From Fluviicola sp. (lineage in GTDB: Bacteria; Bacteroidota; Bacteroidia; Flavobacteriales_D; Crocinitomicaceae): a stretch of 64,000 bases of DNA. Shown here piece by piece: positions 1 through 9,666 of the stretch; position 1 is the first letter of the stretch; every line of letters begins with the position of its first letter. Position numbers and translations under genes: made by a program. The stretch lies in assembly GCF_039596355.1 (NCBI RefSeq), contig NZ_JBCNJW010000012.1:36072-100071 (forward strand), written 5' to 3'. The notes beneath the pieces are model-generated. The model saw nothing but the letters and a program-made list of their open reading frames with translations, searched no databases and had not been told where the DNA came from.

Positions 1-419
1 TTCGGAGCCGGTTTGCGATCCGGGTTTGCCGAATCGTGTTTTATTTCGAGTGCATATCCGGTAGCAACGGCATCCGCATAATATTCAAACTGGTAACAAG
101 ACCGGTTCAATTCTGTTTCGGCACGATCTTCCGGCAAGGCACTTTCGGTGCAAAACCAATGAATCAGGGCTTCTTTGTTCGCCTTCGCTTTTTCGGAAAT
201 GGCTTTGAGAAAGGCAACCCGTTTTTCAACCGGAATCAGCCGGTACACTTCAAAAGCCTGTTTTGCTTTTTCAAGTGCTGTATCGACTTCTTCTTTCGTT
301 GCCTGGATAAATGCCGTTTCAAACGGCTCGTTGGTCTTCGGGTTGATCCCCAAAAAAACACGATCGCCAAGAACACTTTCCTGATAACCAATGTGATTTT
401 GACCGAAGATCCGTTTCAT
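1..419 (-). CDS. NADP-dependent aldehyde dehydrogenase (alpha-ketoglutaric semialdehyde dehydrogenase-like), N-terminal part; runs off the window edge
   Basis: Not in the ORF track. Manual translation from ATG at 419: MKRIFGQNHIG...INPKTNEPFETAFIQATKEEVDTALEKAKQAFEVYR...ESALPEDRAETELNRSCYQFEYYADAV, which resembles a KGSADH-type ALDH N-terminus. Starts 3 nt after the purS stop. Confidence 0.8.
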   Translation of the reverse strand, partial: MKRIFGQNHIGYQESVLGDRVFLGINPKTNEPFETAFIQATKEEVDTALEKAKQAFEVYRLIPVEKRVAFLKAISEKAKANKEALIHWFCTESALPEDRAETELNRSCYQFEYYADAVATGYALEIKHDSANPDRKPAP

Positions 420-422
420 GGC

Positions 423-674
423 TTACGCCTCCTCTACTGTATAGGTGTAGCTTTCCATGATTTGGTTTGCAAGGAGTTTCTTACAAGCCAACTCTACTTT
501 TTCTACTGCCGCTTCTTTAGACGGAGCATCTACGAAAAGTCGTACGTGTCTTCCAACGCGTACACCTGTAATTTCAGACAGACCGATTGTCGGCATACTG
601 TTAGTAACTGCTTTTCCCTGAGGGTCTAACAATGCCTCCAATGGCATCACATCGATTTCAGCTTTGAATTTCAT
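423..674 (-). CDS. purS: Phosphoribosylformylglycinamidine synthase subunit PurS (83 aa)
   Basis: LLDPQGKAV and CKKLLANQIME motifs. Start moved to ATG 674 (ATGA overlap with the pssA stop). Confidence 0.95.
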   Translation of the reverse strand: MKFKAEIDVMPLEALLDPQGKAVTNSMPTIGLSEITGVRVGRHVRLFVDAPSKEAAVEKVELACKKLLANQIMESYTYTVEEA

Positions 675-1546
675 GCGTTCGATTTTTTTCGAAGAATGTG
701 TTGAATAAATGATAATAACAGGTACAAAAGTACAATAATTGGAATGGACCAAATCAATAAAGTTGAAATAAGTATTCCACAACTTATCAAGAAGATGTAT
801 CGAAACTCATTCCCTTTCCAGTTGAAGTTCTTGAATTTCAGCGCAAACAAAGGCAATTCCGCGATTAAAAGAAGTGACATAATCACCACAACCGGAACCA
901 AAACTGCCGGTTGAACCAGCCATAGAATCACATCGTGCTCCCAGCCTGTTTTTTCTCCGTATTTCGCCAGCAGTAAAGGGAAAGCCATGAAGAAAATGGT
1001 ATTTGCCGGCGTTGGCAAACCGATAAACGATTCGGACTGACGTGTGTCAATATTGAATTTTGCCAGTCGGAACATGGAAAAGAACGGGATGATCAAGCCC
1101 AGGAAAGGAAGCCAATTGATGTTTTTCCACTCAAAAAATGCCGTTCTCCAGGCTTGCAGTGACATATTCAATGCCTCCAGGCTAAAAAACGATGTTCCAG
1201 CCGCTTCGACCTCCACCTTATTAGATGTTGTAATGTATTCGCCGTGAGCAAAAAACAAGCTTTCCGGATCTACAAAAGTAGTTTGACCGACCAAAATGAC
1301 CAGGATCATGATTCCAGGAGCCAGACCGAATGAGATCATGTCCGCCAGGGAATCCAACTGCTTCCCCAATTCTCCCTGCTGTTTGAGTAAACGTGCCAGG
1401 AACCCATCGAAAAAGTCCAAAACAGCCGCCAAAAAGATGAAATAGGGCGCAATGTCAATCCTTCCTGCAAAGGCCAGTATGATTGCAAAAACACCACAAA
1501 GCAGGTTACTCGCTGTAAATAAATTAGGTATATTGAACATTTTCAT
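671..1546 (-). CDS. pssA: CDP-diacylglycerol--serine O-phosphatidyltransferase (CDP-alcohol phosphatidyltransferase)
   Basis: DFFDGFLARLLKQQGELGKQLDSLAD motif, RLAKFN and FIGLPTPA segments, multiple TM helices. Confidence 0.9.
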   Translation of the reverse strand: MKMFNIPNLFTASNLLCGVFAIILAFAGRIDIAPYFIFLAAVLDFFDGFLARLLKQQGELGKQLDSLADMISFGLAPGIMILVILVGQTTFVDPESLFFAHGEYITTSNKVEVEAAGTSFFSLEALNMSLQAWRTAFFEWKNINWLPFLGLIIPFFSMFRLAKFNIDTRQSESFIGLPTPANTIFFMAFPLLLAKYGEKTGWEHDVILWLVQPAVLVPVVVIMSLLLIAELPLFALKFKNFNWKGNEFRYIFLISCGILISTLLIWSIPIIVLLYLLLSFIQHILRKKSNA

Positions 1547-1683
1547 CGGGGTAATGAATATTTTGTTGGTCTCGTACTCTGAAAAGGTGTAAATTTACAT
1601 TTCGATTTTATGAATAAAACATTCAATTGCACAATTTTTTATAAAAGATGCAGTTAATAGCATTCGTGAGGAACTTAAATACT

Positions 1684-2790
1684 ATGAGATTTTACCTAAT
1701 TGTTTGCATCATTTGCTGCACTTTCTTGTCATTTGGACAAGGCTCTACTGCTCCTAAATATTCCAACGAATTTTTAGCAATCGGTATCGGGGCTGAGGCC
1801 CTGGGGCTTTCGAATGCAGTGGTGGCACAAACAAGCGGCGTGAATAGCGGCTATTGGAATCCTGCAGGATTAACCCGCACCAATAAGTGGCTGGATATCG
1901 GTTTGATGCACTCGGAATATTTTGCCGGAATTGCCAAATACGATTACCTGGGACTTGCACACCAGATCGATGAAAAAAGTGCTGTCGGACTTTCGGTGAT
2001 CCGCTTTGCGGTAGACGACATCCCGAATACGACTCAATTAATCGACAACGAAGGAAAAATCGATTACGATAAAATTACCACCTTCACTGCCGCAGATTAT
2101 GCCTTTCTATTTTCTTATGCACGAAAAACCAAAGTACCGGGATTGTCTTTGGGAGGAAACTTCAAACTGATCCACCGGAAAGTAGGTGATTTTGCCAAAT
2201 CCTGGGGTTTCGGACTGGATGTAGGTGCAACGTATGAAAAGAGCGACCGCCTGAAATTCGGAGCCGTGATCCGCGATTTGACCTCTACGTTTAATGCCTG
2301 GATTTTCAGTCTCGACGAAACAACCAAAGAAGTCTTCACGCTTACCGGGAACGAAATTCCGAGAAACGGACTGGAATTGACTTTGCCTCGCATCATTTTG
2401 GGAACGTATTACAAACAGCCGATCGGAAAAAAAGGCATCTACGTTTCGGGGGAAGTGGACCTGGATATTACCACGGACGGAAAACGAAATACCATCGTCA
2501 AAACCAATCTCTTCAGTTTTGACCCGCACTTCGGGATTGCATTCGGATTCAAGGAATTGGTAACTTTACGTGGGGGAATATCCAACATGCAGTATATCAA
2601 AAACTTCGATGACTCAAAGAAGTTAACCATTCAGCCAAATATTGGTATCGGATTACATATTAAAGCTGTATATTTAGACTATGCTTTCACAGACATCGGT
2701 GATGCTTCAACTGCTTTGTACTCGCACGTTATTTCGCTGCGATTAGCACTTAACAAACCAAAAAATGCTGTGAGAGCCGATGAAGAATAA
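1684..2790 (+). CDS. PorV-family T9SS outer-membrane beta-barrel (PorV2-like)
   Basis: Signal peptide from MRFYL, then KYSNEFLAIGIGAEALGLSNAVVA...YWNPAGL and C-terminal YLDYAF...SHVISL typical of the PorV/FadL-like family; directly upstream of a C25 protein. Confidence 0.8.
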   Translation: MRFYLIVCIICCTFLSFGQGSTAPKYSNEFLAIGIGAEALGLSNAVVAQTSGVNSGYWNPAGLTRTNKWLDIGLMHSEYFAGIAKYDYLGLAHQIDEKSAVGLSVIRFAVDDIPNTTQLIDNEGKIDYDKITTFTAADYAFLFSYARKTKVPGLSLGGNFKLIHRKVGDFAKSWGFGLDVGATYEKSDRLKFGAVIRDLTSTFNAWIFSLDETTKEVFTLTGNEIPRNGLELTLPRIILGTYYKQPIGKKGIYVSGEVDLDITTDGKRNTIVKTNLFSFDPHFGIAFGFKELVTLRGGISNMQYIKNFDDSKKLTIQPNIGIGLHIKAVYLDYAFTDIGDASTALYSHVISLRLALNKPKNAVRADEE

Positions 2791-2799
2791 GAAGAGCCT

Positions 2800-5700
2800 A
2801 TGAAGAAACTCTACTTAACACTACTTGCACTTATTGCCATTACTTTTGCGTGGAGTCAGCCTTATGGAAATGAATGGATTGACTATTCCCAAAAGTATTA
2901 CGGGTTTAAAGTGGTACAAAACGGGTTGTATAAAATCGACTACGCCACCCTGAATTCAAATAATGTTTCTGTTTCGGGCATTACCCCGGCAAGCTTTCAA
3001 ATTTTCGGAAAAGACAAAGAAGTGCCTCTCTACATGGTAGATGGCGGTGACAATTCGTTCGATCCGGGAGATTACTTCCTGTTTTATGCGTACCGCAACG
3101 ACGGCTGGCTGGATTCGGTCATGTATCCGCATCCGGACAGCATGGCAAACCCGGGATACAGCCTTATCAACGATACCATTACTTACTTCTTTTCCTGGAA
3201 AAATGCAGGAAACGGACTGCGTTTCGTGCTTCAACCCGATCAGAATTACGGGAATTATGCTGCCAGTTCTTTCGTTAGATGCGAATACCAATCTGCTTTC
3301 TCATCTACTTATTGTGAAGGACTTGTCGAAGAAGAAGCTTCCGGGTCAATTTATTCTACGGGAGAAGGCTGGGGAAATCCCGAACTGGCAACCACTTCAT
3401 CGAATGTGTCGGCAGACATTCCACTTCCCACCCCATCGGTTTATACCGGGTTGGGAGCAACTCCTGTAACACTGGAATGCCGGGTTTCGACCAATTCCAA
3501 CGCACTCGTGCCGAGCATCTCAGATCCCAACCACCATGTCAGGCTGACTTTAGGATCAGGAAACGTTTTGATTAAAGACACCACCCTGCATGGTTACCGC
3601 CAGGTTAAGACCACATCGGTTTTCAACGCTTCGGATTTAACGAGCGGGACTACCAATATCCACCACACCATCATTGCAGATTTGAATGTCGCAGTAGACC
3701 GCCAGGTTTTTACTTATGCTTCTCTTTCCTATCCAAGACTTCCGAACAGCGGAAACCAGGCATTTGACCGTTTTTTCGTTCAAAACGGCACGGTCAAAAG
3801 TCGTGTTGACTTAACGAACTATCCTGGAGCTGCTCCGCTGGTTTTGAGTTATGGTTCGGTTCCACGATATGAAATCCCGGTTGTTTCCAGTGGAATTCTC
3901 CAGTTCATAATCCCGAACCATCCGGCCAACAACGAAACGGAAGTAATGGTTGTGGACAGAAATGCGGCGCTTCCGGTCGGAACGATGCAGGCTGTTAACG
4001 GATCGGGAACTTTTACGAATTTCAGCACCATGAACCTGGATTCGGCCCTGCTGTTCATTTACCCGCCTTCACTTGCAAGCGGAACGGATTCTTACCGCAA
4101 CTACCGGACTTCGATTTCAGGAGGAGCGCACAATGTTCTGAAAGCAAACATCGAGGAATTGTACTTACAGTTCGGAGGAGGAGTTGTCAAACACCCGGTT
4201 GCCATTCGCCGATTTGCACATTTCGTCTACATGAACAGCGCAGCGAAACCGGAAGGTCTGTTCCTGATCGGGAAAGGAATTTCAGTCGGAGAAACGCGAT
4301 TCAGCCCTTCTGCAAGCGAACAGTGCCTGATCCCACCGATGGGGTATCCTTCCAGTGACATTGCTACCACTGCCGGGTTAACAACTCAGTATACCTGGGC
4401 TCCGTTAATTCCGACCGGGCGAATTTCAGTAACAACCAACGCAGAACTGGAAAATTACCTTTCCAAGATTACCGAGTACGAAGACGCACAGAACAATCCC
4501 GGGATAAATTTTGTGGAAACGAAAAACTGGCAAAAACAACTCCTGCACTTTGTGGGAGGATCCAATGCCCTGCAACAAACCCAGTTTCAGGGCTATATGA
4601 ATATCATGAAAGGCATTGTGGAAGACACCATTTTTGCCGGAAAGGTGACCAATTACTTCAAAACATCGAGCAACCCGCTTGATCCGAATGTCGTGAGTAC
4701 CGTTACACAAAAAATCGAAGACGGTGTATCGATCATGAACTTCTTCGGGCACGCGGCAGCTTCCAATAACGGATTTGAGATCAACATCGATGATCCGAGC
4801 AACTGGAACAATCACGGAAAATACCCGATTGTAATCGGAAACTCCTGTTACAACGGAAATATTTTCAAAACGGGAAGTTCCACTTCGGAGAATTTCGTCA
4901 ATATCCCCAACGAGGGAGCCATTGCTTTCCTTTCGACTATTTCGGTGGGTTACGATTCCCCTCTGGCCATTTATTCATCGGAATTGTACCGCGAGTTTTC
5001 CTATAAAAGTTACGGACAAACGTTTGCAAAACAAATTCAAAACACCGTATACTACCTGCAGCAACAATACAGCGGGATGTCATCCAACACGGTTTACTTT
5101 GAATCTGCCTGTACGCAAATGACGCTTCACGGAGATCCGATGCTCAAAGTCAATTACAGCAAAGGACCCGAAATCGACATTCCAGCTTCCAGTGTGAGTT
5201 TGTCTCCGAACAACGTCAACCTAAGTGTTGACAGCATCGCACTGACTTTTACGGTAAGAAACCTGGGAACATCGATCAAATCTCCAATTTATGTAGAGAT
5301 CAGACGAGACTTCCCGGGGTCGAACGTAGACTCTGTTCAGTCTTTGTTTATTTCCCGCTTAAATTACGATACGATTATCACTAAAAAGTTCCCGCTTCAA
5401 GCGGCAATCAGCGCCGGTGTAAACACGTTTACCATTACGGCTGATATTCCAAATGTATACCCGGAAGAATATGAAGAGATTTCCAATAACCGGGTCACTG
5501 CCAATTTCTTCCTGAATATCGACGGAATGCTTCCTGTTTGGCCATACAATTATGCGGTTATTCCATACGATACCGTAACGGTAAAAGCCAGCACCATCAA
5601 CCCGATTGCAGCAACGAATACGTATTTGTTTGAGCTGGACACCACAGACACATACAACAGTCCGCAACTGAGACGATTCAGCGTAACCGGTTTAGGAGGT

Positions 5701-7983
5701 GTAAAACAAGTACACCCGAATCAATGGTTATCTGCAAGCGGCGGTTCATTTCCGTTGGTTTGTACCGATAGTACTGTTTATTTCTGGCGCGTTTCTGTTG
5801 ACACCAGCGCTCCGAACTGGTCTGAATTTTCCTTTCAATACATTCCGGACAAATGGGGCTGGGGACAAGCTCATTTCTTCCAGTTCAAGAACAACTCTTT
5901 CTCGGGGATCAATTACAACAGGAATCTCCGAAAACGGGAATTTATTTTGAATGACTGGCACAAAATAGGCATTCAGGTGATGAAAACATCTGACGCGTAT
6001 GAATCACTGTTCAATTCCTGGACGATCGATCAAAATATCATGGACTACGCAACATGCGGTTACAATCCATATATCTATGTTGCCGTTGTAGACAATATTA
6101 CCTTAAACGCCTGGAAAACGCATTGTCCCGGATGTGGAGGCGGTAGCAATAACGATCCGTCGATGAACTTCGGAAACCTGAACAATTTGGGAAGTGCCGG
6201 CGGACAAGGATGCAGGGATCGTTACGAGTATTACTTCACGTTCGACCAAACGAGTCCGGCATCAATGAACAACTTCATCAACATGATCCAAAACGGGATT
6301 CCCGACAGTAGTTATGTGCTGATGTATTCTCCGTTCACAACGTATTTCAGTTCCTGGAGTGCAAATGTATTTACCATGTTCCAGAATCTCGGATTCCCTA
6401 CCGTAACCAATTCGCAGCCGAACGATCCTTTTGCTTTGTTTTTCCAGAAAGGGACAGCCGCTATGAATCAGGTGAAGTTCTGGACTGACAGCCAGGTGAC
6501 TAATGACACTCCTGCCGGGGTTCCGAAAATCAAAATTGATGTCGATGTCTTGAAGCCCTCTTATATTGGTGTGGAAAAAACACCACAGATCGGACCGGCA
6601 TTTAAATGGGAGACCTTGTACTGGAGAAGAGATTCACTGGAATCGCCTTCTACCGATAGTGTACGTATTTTCATTGAGACGTATGACGTAACCAATACGC
6701 AAGTTGGAACAATTGACACCGTTTTCACTCCGAATGATTCCATTATCAACCTTCAAAACCTGGTGAACGCTACGCTGTATCCAAGAATCCGCATTGGAAT
6801 TACGAACTCTGACAGAACCAACCTGACTCCGGCTCAGATAGACCGCATTCACGTCCTTTATCAACCGGTTCCGGAAGCAGCCATTGACGGAAGCAACGGG
6901 TATTACGCATCCCTGCCGGGAGATACCATTCACGAAGGTCAAAGTTATGCCTTCGCTGTAGATGTCGTCAATGTGAGCCAGTTCCCAATGGATTCCCTAC
7001 TGATTAATTACTGGCTCGACAACCAGCAACACATTCAGCACATTATTCCTTATCCGAGACAGGATTCTCTGCGGGTAAGCCAAACATTGAGAGACACGAT
7101 CCATTTCAGTTCGGTCGGAAACCCGGGATACAACACCCTTTGGATGGAAGTCAATCCATACATCAGCGGATCGCAGGTCCAGACAGATCAGCTGGAACAA
7201 TACCATTACAATAACATCTTGCAGCTTCCGGTATACATTGCACAAGACGACAAAAACCCGATCCTGGATGTCACATTCAACGGGCTGCACATTTTGAACG
7301 GCGATATTGTGGATCCGACCAGTGAAATCCTGATCACACTGAAAGACGATAATCCTTACTGGGTCATGGATGATGTTTCAGACACCACGCTTTTCGGGAT
7401 TTACTTAACAGGTCCTGACGGAGTTCAAAAACGCATTCCGTTTATTGACGGATCCGGAAATACGATTCTTCAATGGTATCCCGCAACGTCTCAAAACCTG
7501 AAGTTCAAGATTGTATATCCGAAAGAGTTTTTGCAAGACGGTGTTTACCAACTTTTCGTACAGGGAAGTGACCGTTCGGGAAATATTTCCGGAGATTATG
7601 AGTACAAAGTGAATTTTGAGGTAATCCGGGAATCTTCCATCACACAAATGATGAACTATCCAAATCCATTCTCTACGAGTACGCGTTTCGTATTCACATT
7701 GACCGGTACGGAGGTTCCCGATGACATTATTATTCAAATCATGACTGTATCCGGGCGGGTTGTCCGGGAAATTACCGAAGATGACCTCGGAGTAATCCGA
7801 ATCGGGAGAAACATTACGGAATACGCATGGGACGGAAGAGATGAGTTCGGAGATCAGTTGGCGAACGGTGTGTACCTCTACCAGGTAAAAGCAAAAATCC
7901 TTGGAGAAGACATCAAACACCGCGACTCAGGGGCTGACAAATACTTCAAAAAGAATTTCGGAAAGATGTATCTGATGAGATAA
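2800..7983 (+). CDS. C25 (gingipain-family) cysteine peptidase with T9SS C-terminal domain, PorU-like (PorU2-like), 1727 aa
   Basis: Signal peptide, N-terminal YGNEWIDY, candidate His/Cys dyad in FFGHA and IGNSCYNG, LHGDP motif, C-terminal NYPNPFS...WDGRDEFGDQLANGVYLY sorting domain. Confidence 0.85.
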   Translation: MKKLYLTLLALIAITFAWSQPYGNEWIDYSQKYYGFKVVQNGLYKIDYATLNSNNVSVSGITPASFQIFGKDKEVPLYMVDGGDNSFDPGDYFLFYAYRNDGWLDSVMYPHPDSMANPGYSLINDTITYFFSWKNAGNGLRFVLQPDQNYGNYAASSFVRCEYQSAFSSTYCEGLVEEEASGSIYSTGEGWGNPELATTSSNVSADIPLPTPSVYTGLGATPVTLECRVSTNSNALVPSISDPNHHVRLTLGSGNVLIKDTTLHGYRQVKTTSVFNASDLTSGTTNIHHTIIADLNVAVDRQVFTYASLSYPRLPNSGNQAFDRFFVQNGTVKSRVDLTNYPGAAPLVLSYGSVPRYEIPVVSSGILQFIIPNHPANNETEVMVVDRNAALPVGTMQAVNGSGTFTNFSTMNLDSALLFIYPPSLASGTDSYRNYRTSISGGAHNVLKANIEELYLQFGGGVVKHPVAIRRFAHFVYMNSAAKPEGLFLIGKGISVGETRFSPSASEQCLIPPMGYPSSDIATTAGLTTQYTWAPLIPTGRISVTTNAELENYLSKITEYEDAQNNPGINFVETKNWQKQLLHFVGGSNALQQTQFQGYMNIMKGIVEDTIFAGKVTNYFKTSSNPLDPNVVSTVTQKIEDGVSIMNFFGHAAASNNGFEINIDDPSNWNNHGKYPIVIGNSCYNGNIFKTGSSTSENFVNIPNEGAIAFLSTISVGYDSPLAIYSSELYREFSYKSYGQTFAKQIQNTVYYLQQQYSGMSSNTVYFESACTQMTLHGDPMLKVNYSKGPEIDIPASSVSLSPNNVNLSVDSIALTFTVRNLGTSIKSPIYVEIRRDFPGSNVDSVQSLFISRLNYDTIITKKFPLQAAISAGVNTFTITADIPNVYPEEYEEISNNRVTANFFLNIDGMLPVWPYNYAVIPYDTVTVKASTINPIAATNTYLFELDTTDTYNSPQLRRFSVTGLGGVKQVHPNQWLSASGGSFPLVCTDSTVYFWRVSVDTSAPNWSEFSFQYIPDKWGWGQAHFFQFKNNSFSGINYNRNLRKREFILNDWHKIGIQVMKTSDAYESLFNSWTIDQNIMDYATCGYNPYIYVAVVDNITLNAWKTHCPGCGGGSNNDPSMNFGNLNNLGSAGGQGCRDRYEYYFTFDQTSPASMNNFINMIQNGIPDSSYVLMYSPFTTYFSSWSANVFTMFQNLGFPTVTNSQPNDPFALFFQKGTAAMNQVKFWTDSQVTNDTPAGVPKIKIDVDVLKPSYIGVEKTPQIGPAFKWETLYWRRDSLESPSTDSVRIFIETYDVTNTQVGTIDTVFTPNDSIINLQNLVNATLYPRIRIGITNSDRTNLTPAQIDRIHVLYQPVPEAAIDGSNGYYASLPGDTIHEGQSYAFAVDVVNVSQFPMDSLLINYWLDNQQHIQHIIPYPRQDSLRVSQTLRDTIHFSSVGNPGYNTLWMEVNPYISGSQVQTDQLEQYHYNNILQLPVYIAQDDKNPILDVTFNGLHILNGDIVDPTSEILITLKDDNPYWVMDDVSDTTLFGIYLTGPDGVQKRIPFIDGSGNTILQWYPATSQNLKFKIVYPKEFLQDGVYQLFVQGSDRSGNISGDYEYKVNFEVIRESSITQMMNYPNPFSTSTRFVFTLTGTEVPDDIIIQIMTVSGRVVREITEDDLGVIRIGRNITEYAWDGRDEFGDQLANGVYLYQVKAKILGEDIKHRDSGADKYFKKNFGKMYLMR

Positions 7984-7984
7984 T

Positions 7985-8017
7985 AAAAAAGCCGTTAGTT
8001 TGACTAACGGCTTTTTT
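7985..8017. terminator. Bidirectional intrinsic terminator
   Basis: A6-GCCGTTAGT-ttg-ACTAACGGC-T6 between convergent genes. Confidence 0.9.
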
Positions 8018-8036
8018 ATTCCAACTTTTTCGTTGT

Positions 8037-9629
8037 TTATTCTTCAAATTCGACCTTGAACATCATGTCGCTTTTTTGCTTGATGTACATTTCAACGGCA
8101 AACGAATTATCCGTCAATCCGATTACACGATATATTGAATACTGGTAAACCGGGGTTCCGTCAATTTTCTTGTACCCGAATAGAGCCAGGTGTTTTCGTT
8201 CTCCTGTTTCATTGTCTGTTCTGTAAGCAATCACAAAACGCTCTTTCGCAAAACTTGCGTAAGGTCCCTGATCTTCCGGAATATCTGCATTTTTCGGGTT
8301 ATCGCTGAATAAGATATAGGTATATTTTTCAGAAGTCATCATTCTGAAAGATTCCATAGTGGATCTTTTCGGGAATTTCTGCATCCATCCCAATTCACCG
8401 TTTGCATTGATTTTTACTACAATTACATCATCATAGTGATTAACACAACGCGTATTTCCTTTGGAATCCGTAGTACATGTGACATAGAAAATTTCTCCCG
8501 AAATCACAATTCCTCCGTCTGCCAGGATTTCCACACCTCGCATGGATAAATTATTCAAGGCAAGCTTGTCATTTTCATCAGCCTTTTCCATTTTCTTTTT
8601 ACCCCGTTCTGAAATCCGGTGGTATTTTTTGATAAAGTCCAATGAAAACTCATAGAACTTCGGAGTACTCAAGTTTCCTTTTTTATCAAGGATAGAAACA
8701 AAAGTCCCATCAATTCCATACGATTTTGGCTTGCGGTAATATCCTGCACAGATGATATCCCCGCTTTTGTTTTCCTTCATATAAACACGGTCCGTCAGGT
8801 ATTCGCCCAGGTTAAATTCCACTTCGTTGATGTTTCCATCTGAATTTGCAATTAGAATCGCCAGTGACTGATTATCTGCATGTTCACGGTTTTTACGATT
8901 TTGCTCTTCCCGGTATTTTTTGATGAGGAAATACCCGTTCCCCTGAGAATCAACTGTAAAATCCAGATTATCCATCATACTTTCGGTATAGGGCATCTCA
9001 AAGTCATTCCCCCATACTTTTTCCAGATTCTGGTCAAAAACCTGTAACCCGATAATATCGTTGTTTTTGGAATCGTCTTTTTCTTCCGGATTATGCCGGT
9101 ATTTGATCACAAATGTTTCTTTGTCACTGGAAACATCGATGCTGAATTTACCCTGAGCCGCATACCGGTAATAAAATGACCCGCTCACTTTCTTCGGAAC
9201 AGACACCAACAATTTAGGCTCGCTGTCAAATCCACCTTCGCTCACATGAATACTTTGTGCGAAAAGCTGTTCCGTTGTATTGGCCTTGTCGTAAATCGAA
9301 TAGAAGAAATACAATTTGTCCTTCAGGCGGATGATGTATTCAAAGTTGAATCCTTTTTCTTCCTTCAACTCTGTTTTGGAGCTTTTCAAGTTCAGATTTT
9401 TTCCTGAAAAAACCTGAAAAACAAATTTGTTTTGCTTTTTTCCCTGGATTTTTACTGCAAGTACATTCTGATCGTCAATCGGGAAGTACATTTTAGAATA
9501 CGCATTAACAACAGGATAAGCCTCGCTTTTGGTGATCTTAACCTCAGACGACCGTTCCATTTCATCATCTTGTGCAAACAAGCAGAAACTTCCCAATAGG
9601 AAGAGGAGTGTTAAATTGATTAATTTCAT
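8037..9629 (-). CDS. Hypothetical exported protein (about 530 aa, beta-rich)
   Basis: Long ORF. Signal peptide MKLINLTLLFLLGSFCLFAQ supports a start at 9629 rather than 9704. Confidence 0.75.
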   Translation of the reverse strand: MKLINLTLLFLLGSFCLFAQDDEMERSSEVKITKSEAYPVVNAYSKMYFPIDDQNVLAVKIQGKKQNKFVFQVFSGKNLNLKSSKTELKEEKGFNFEYIIRLKDKLYFFYSIYDKANTTEQLFAQSIHVSEGGFDSEPKLLVSVPKKVSGSFYYRYAAQGKFSIDVSSDKETFVIKYRHNPEEKDDSKNNDIIGLQVFDQNLEKVWGNDFEMPYTESMMDNLDFTVDSQGNGYFLIKKYREEQNRKNREHADNQSLAILIANSDGNINEVEFNLGEYLTDRVYMKENKSGDIICAGYYRKPKSYGIDGTFVSILDKKGNLSTPKFYEFSLDFIKKYHRISERGKKKMEKADENDKLALNNLSMRGVEILADGGIVISGEIFYVTCTTDSKGNTRCVNHYDDVIVVKINANGELGWMQKFPKRSTMESFRMMTSEKYTYILFSDNPKNADIPEDQGPYASFAKERFVIAYRTDNETGERKHLALFGYKKIDGTPVYQYSIYRVIGLTDNSFAVEMYIKQKSDMMFKVEFEE

Positions 9630-9666
9630 AAGTTCTATTATTTTTTGCGTAAATGTAGCAAAAGTG

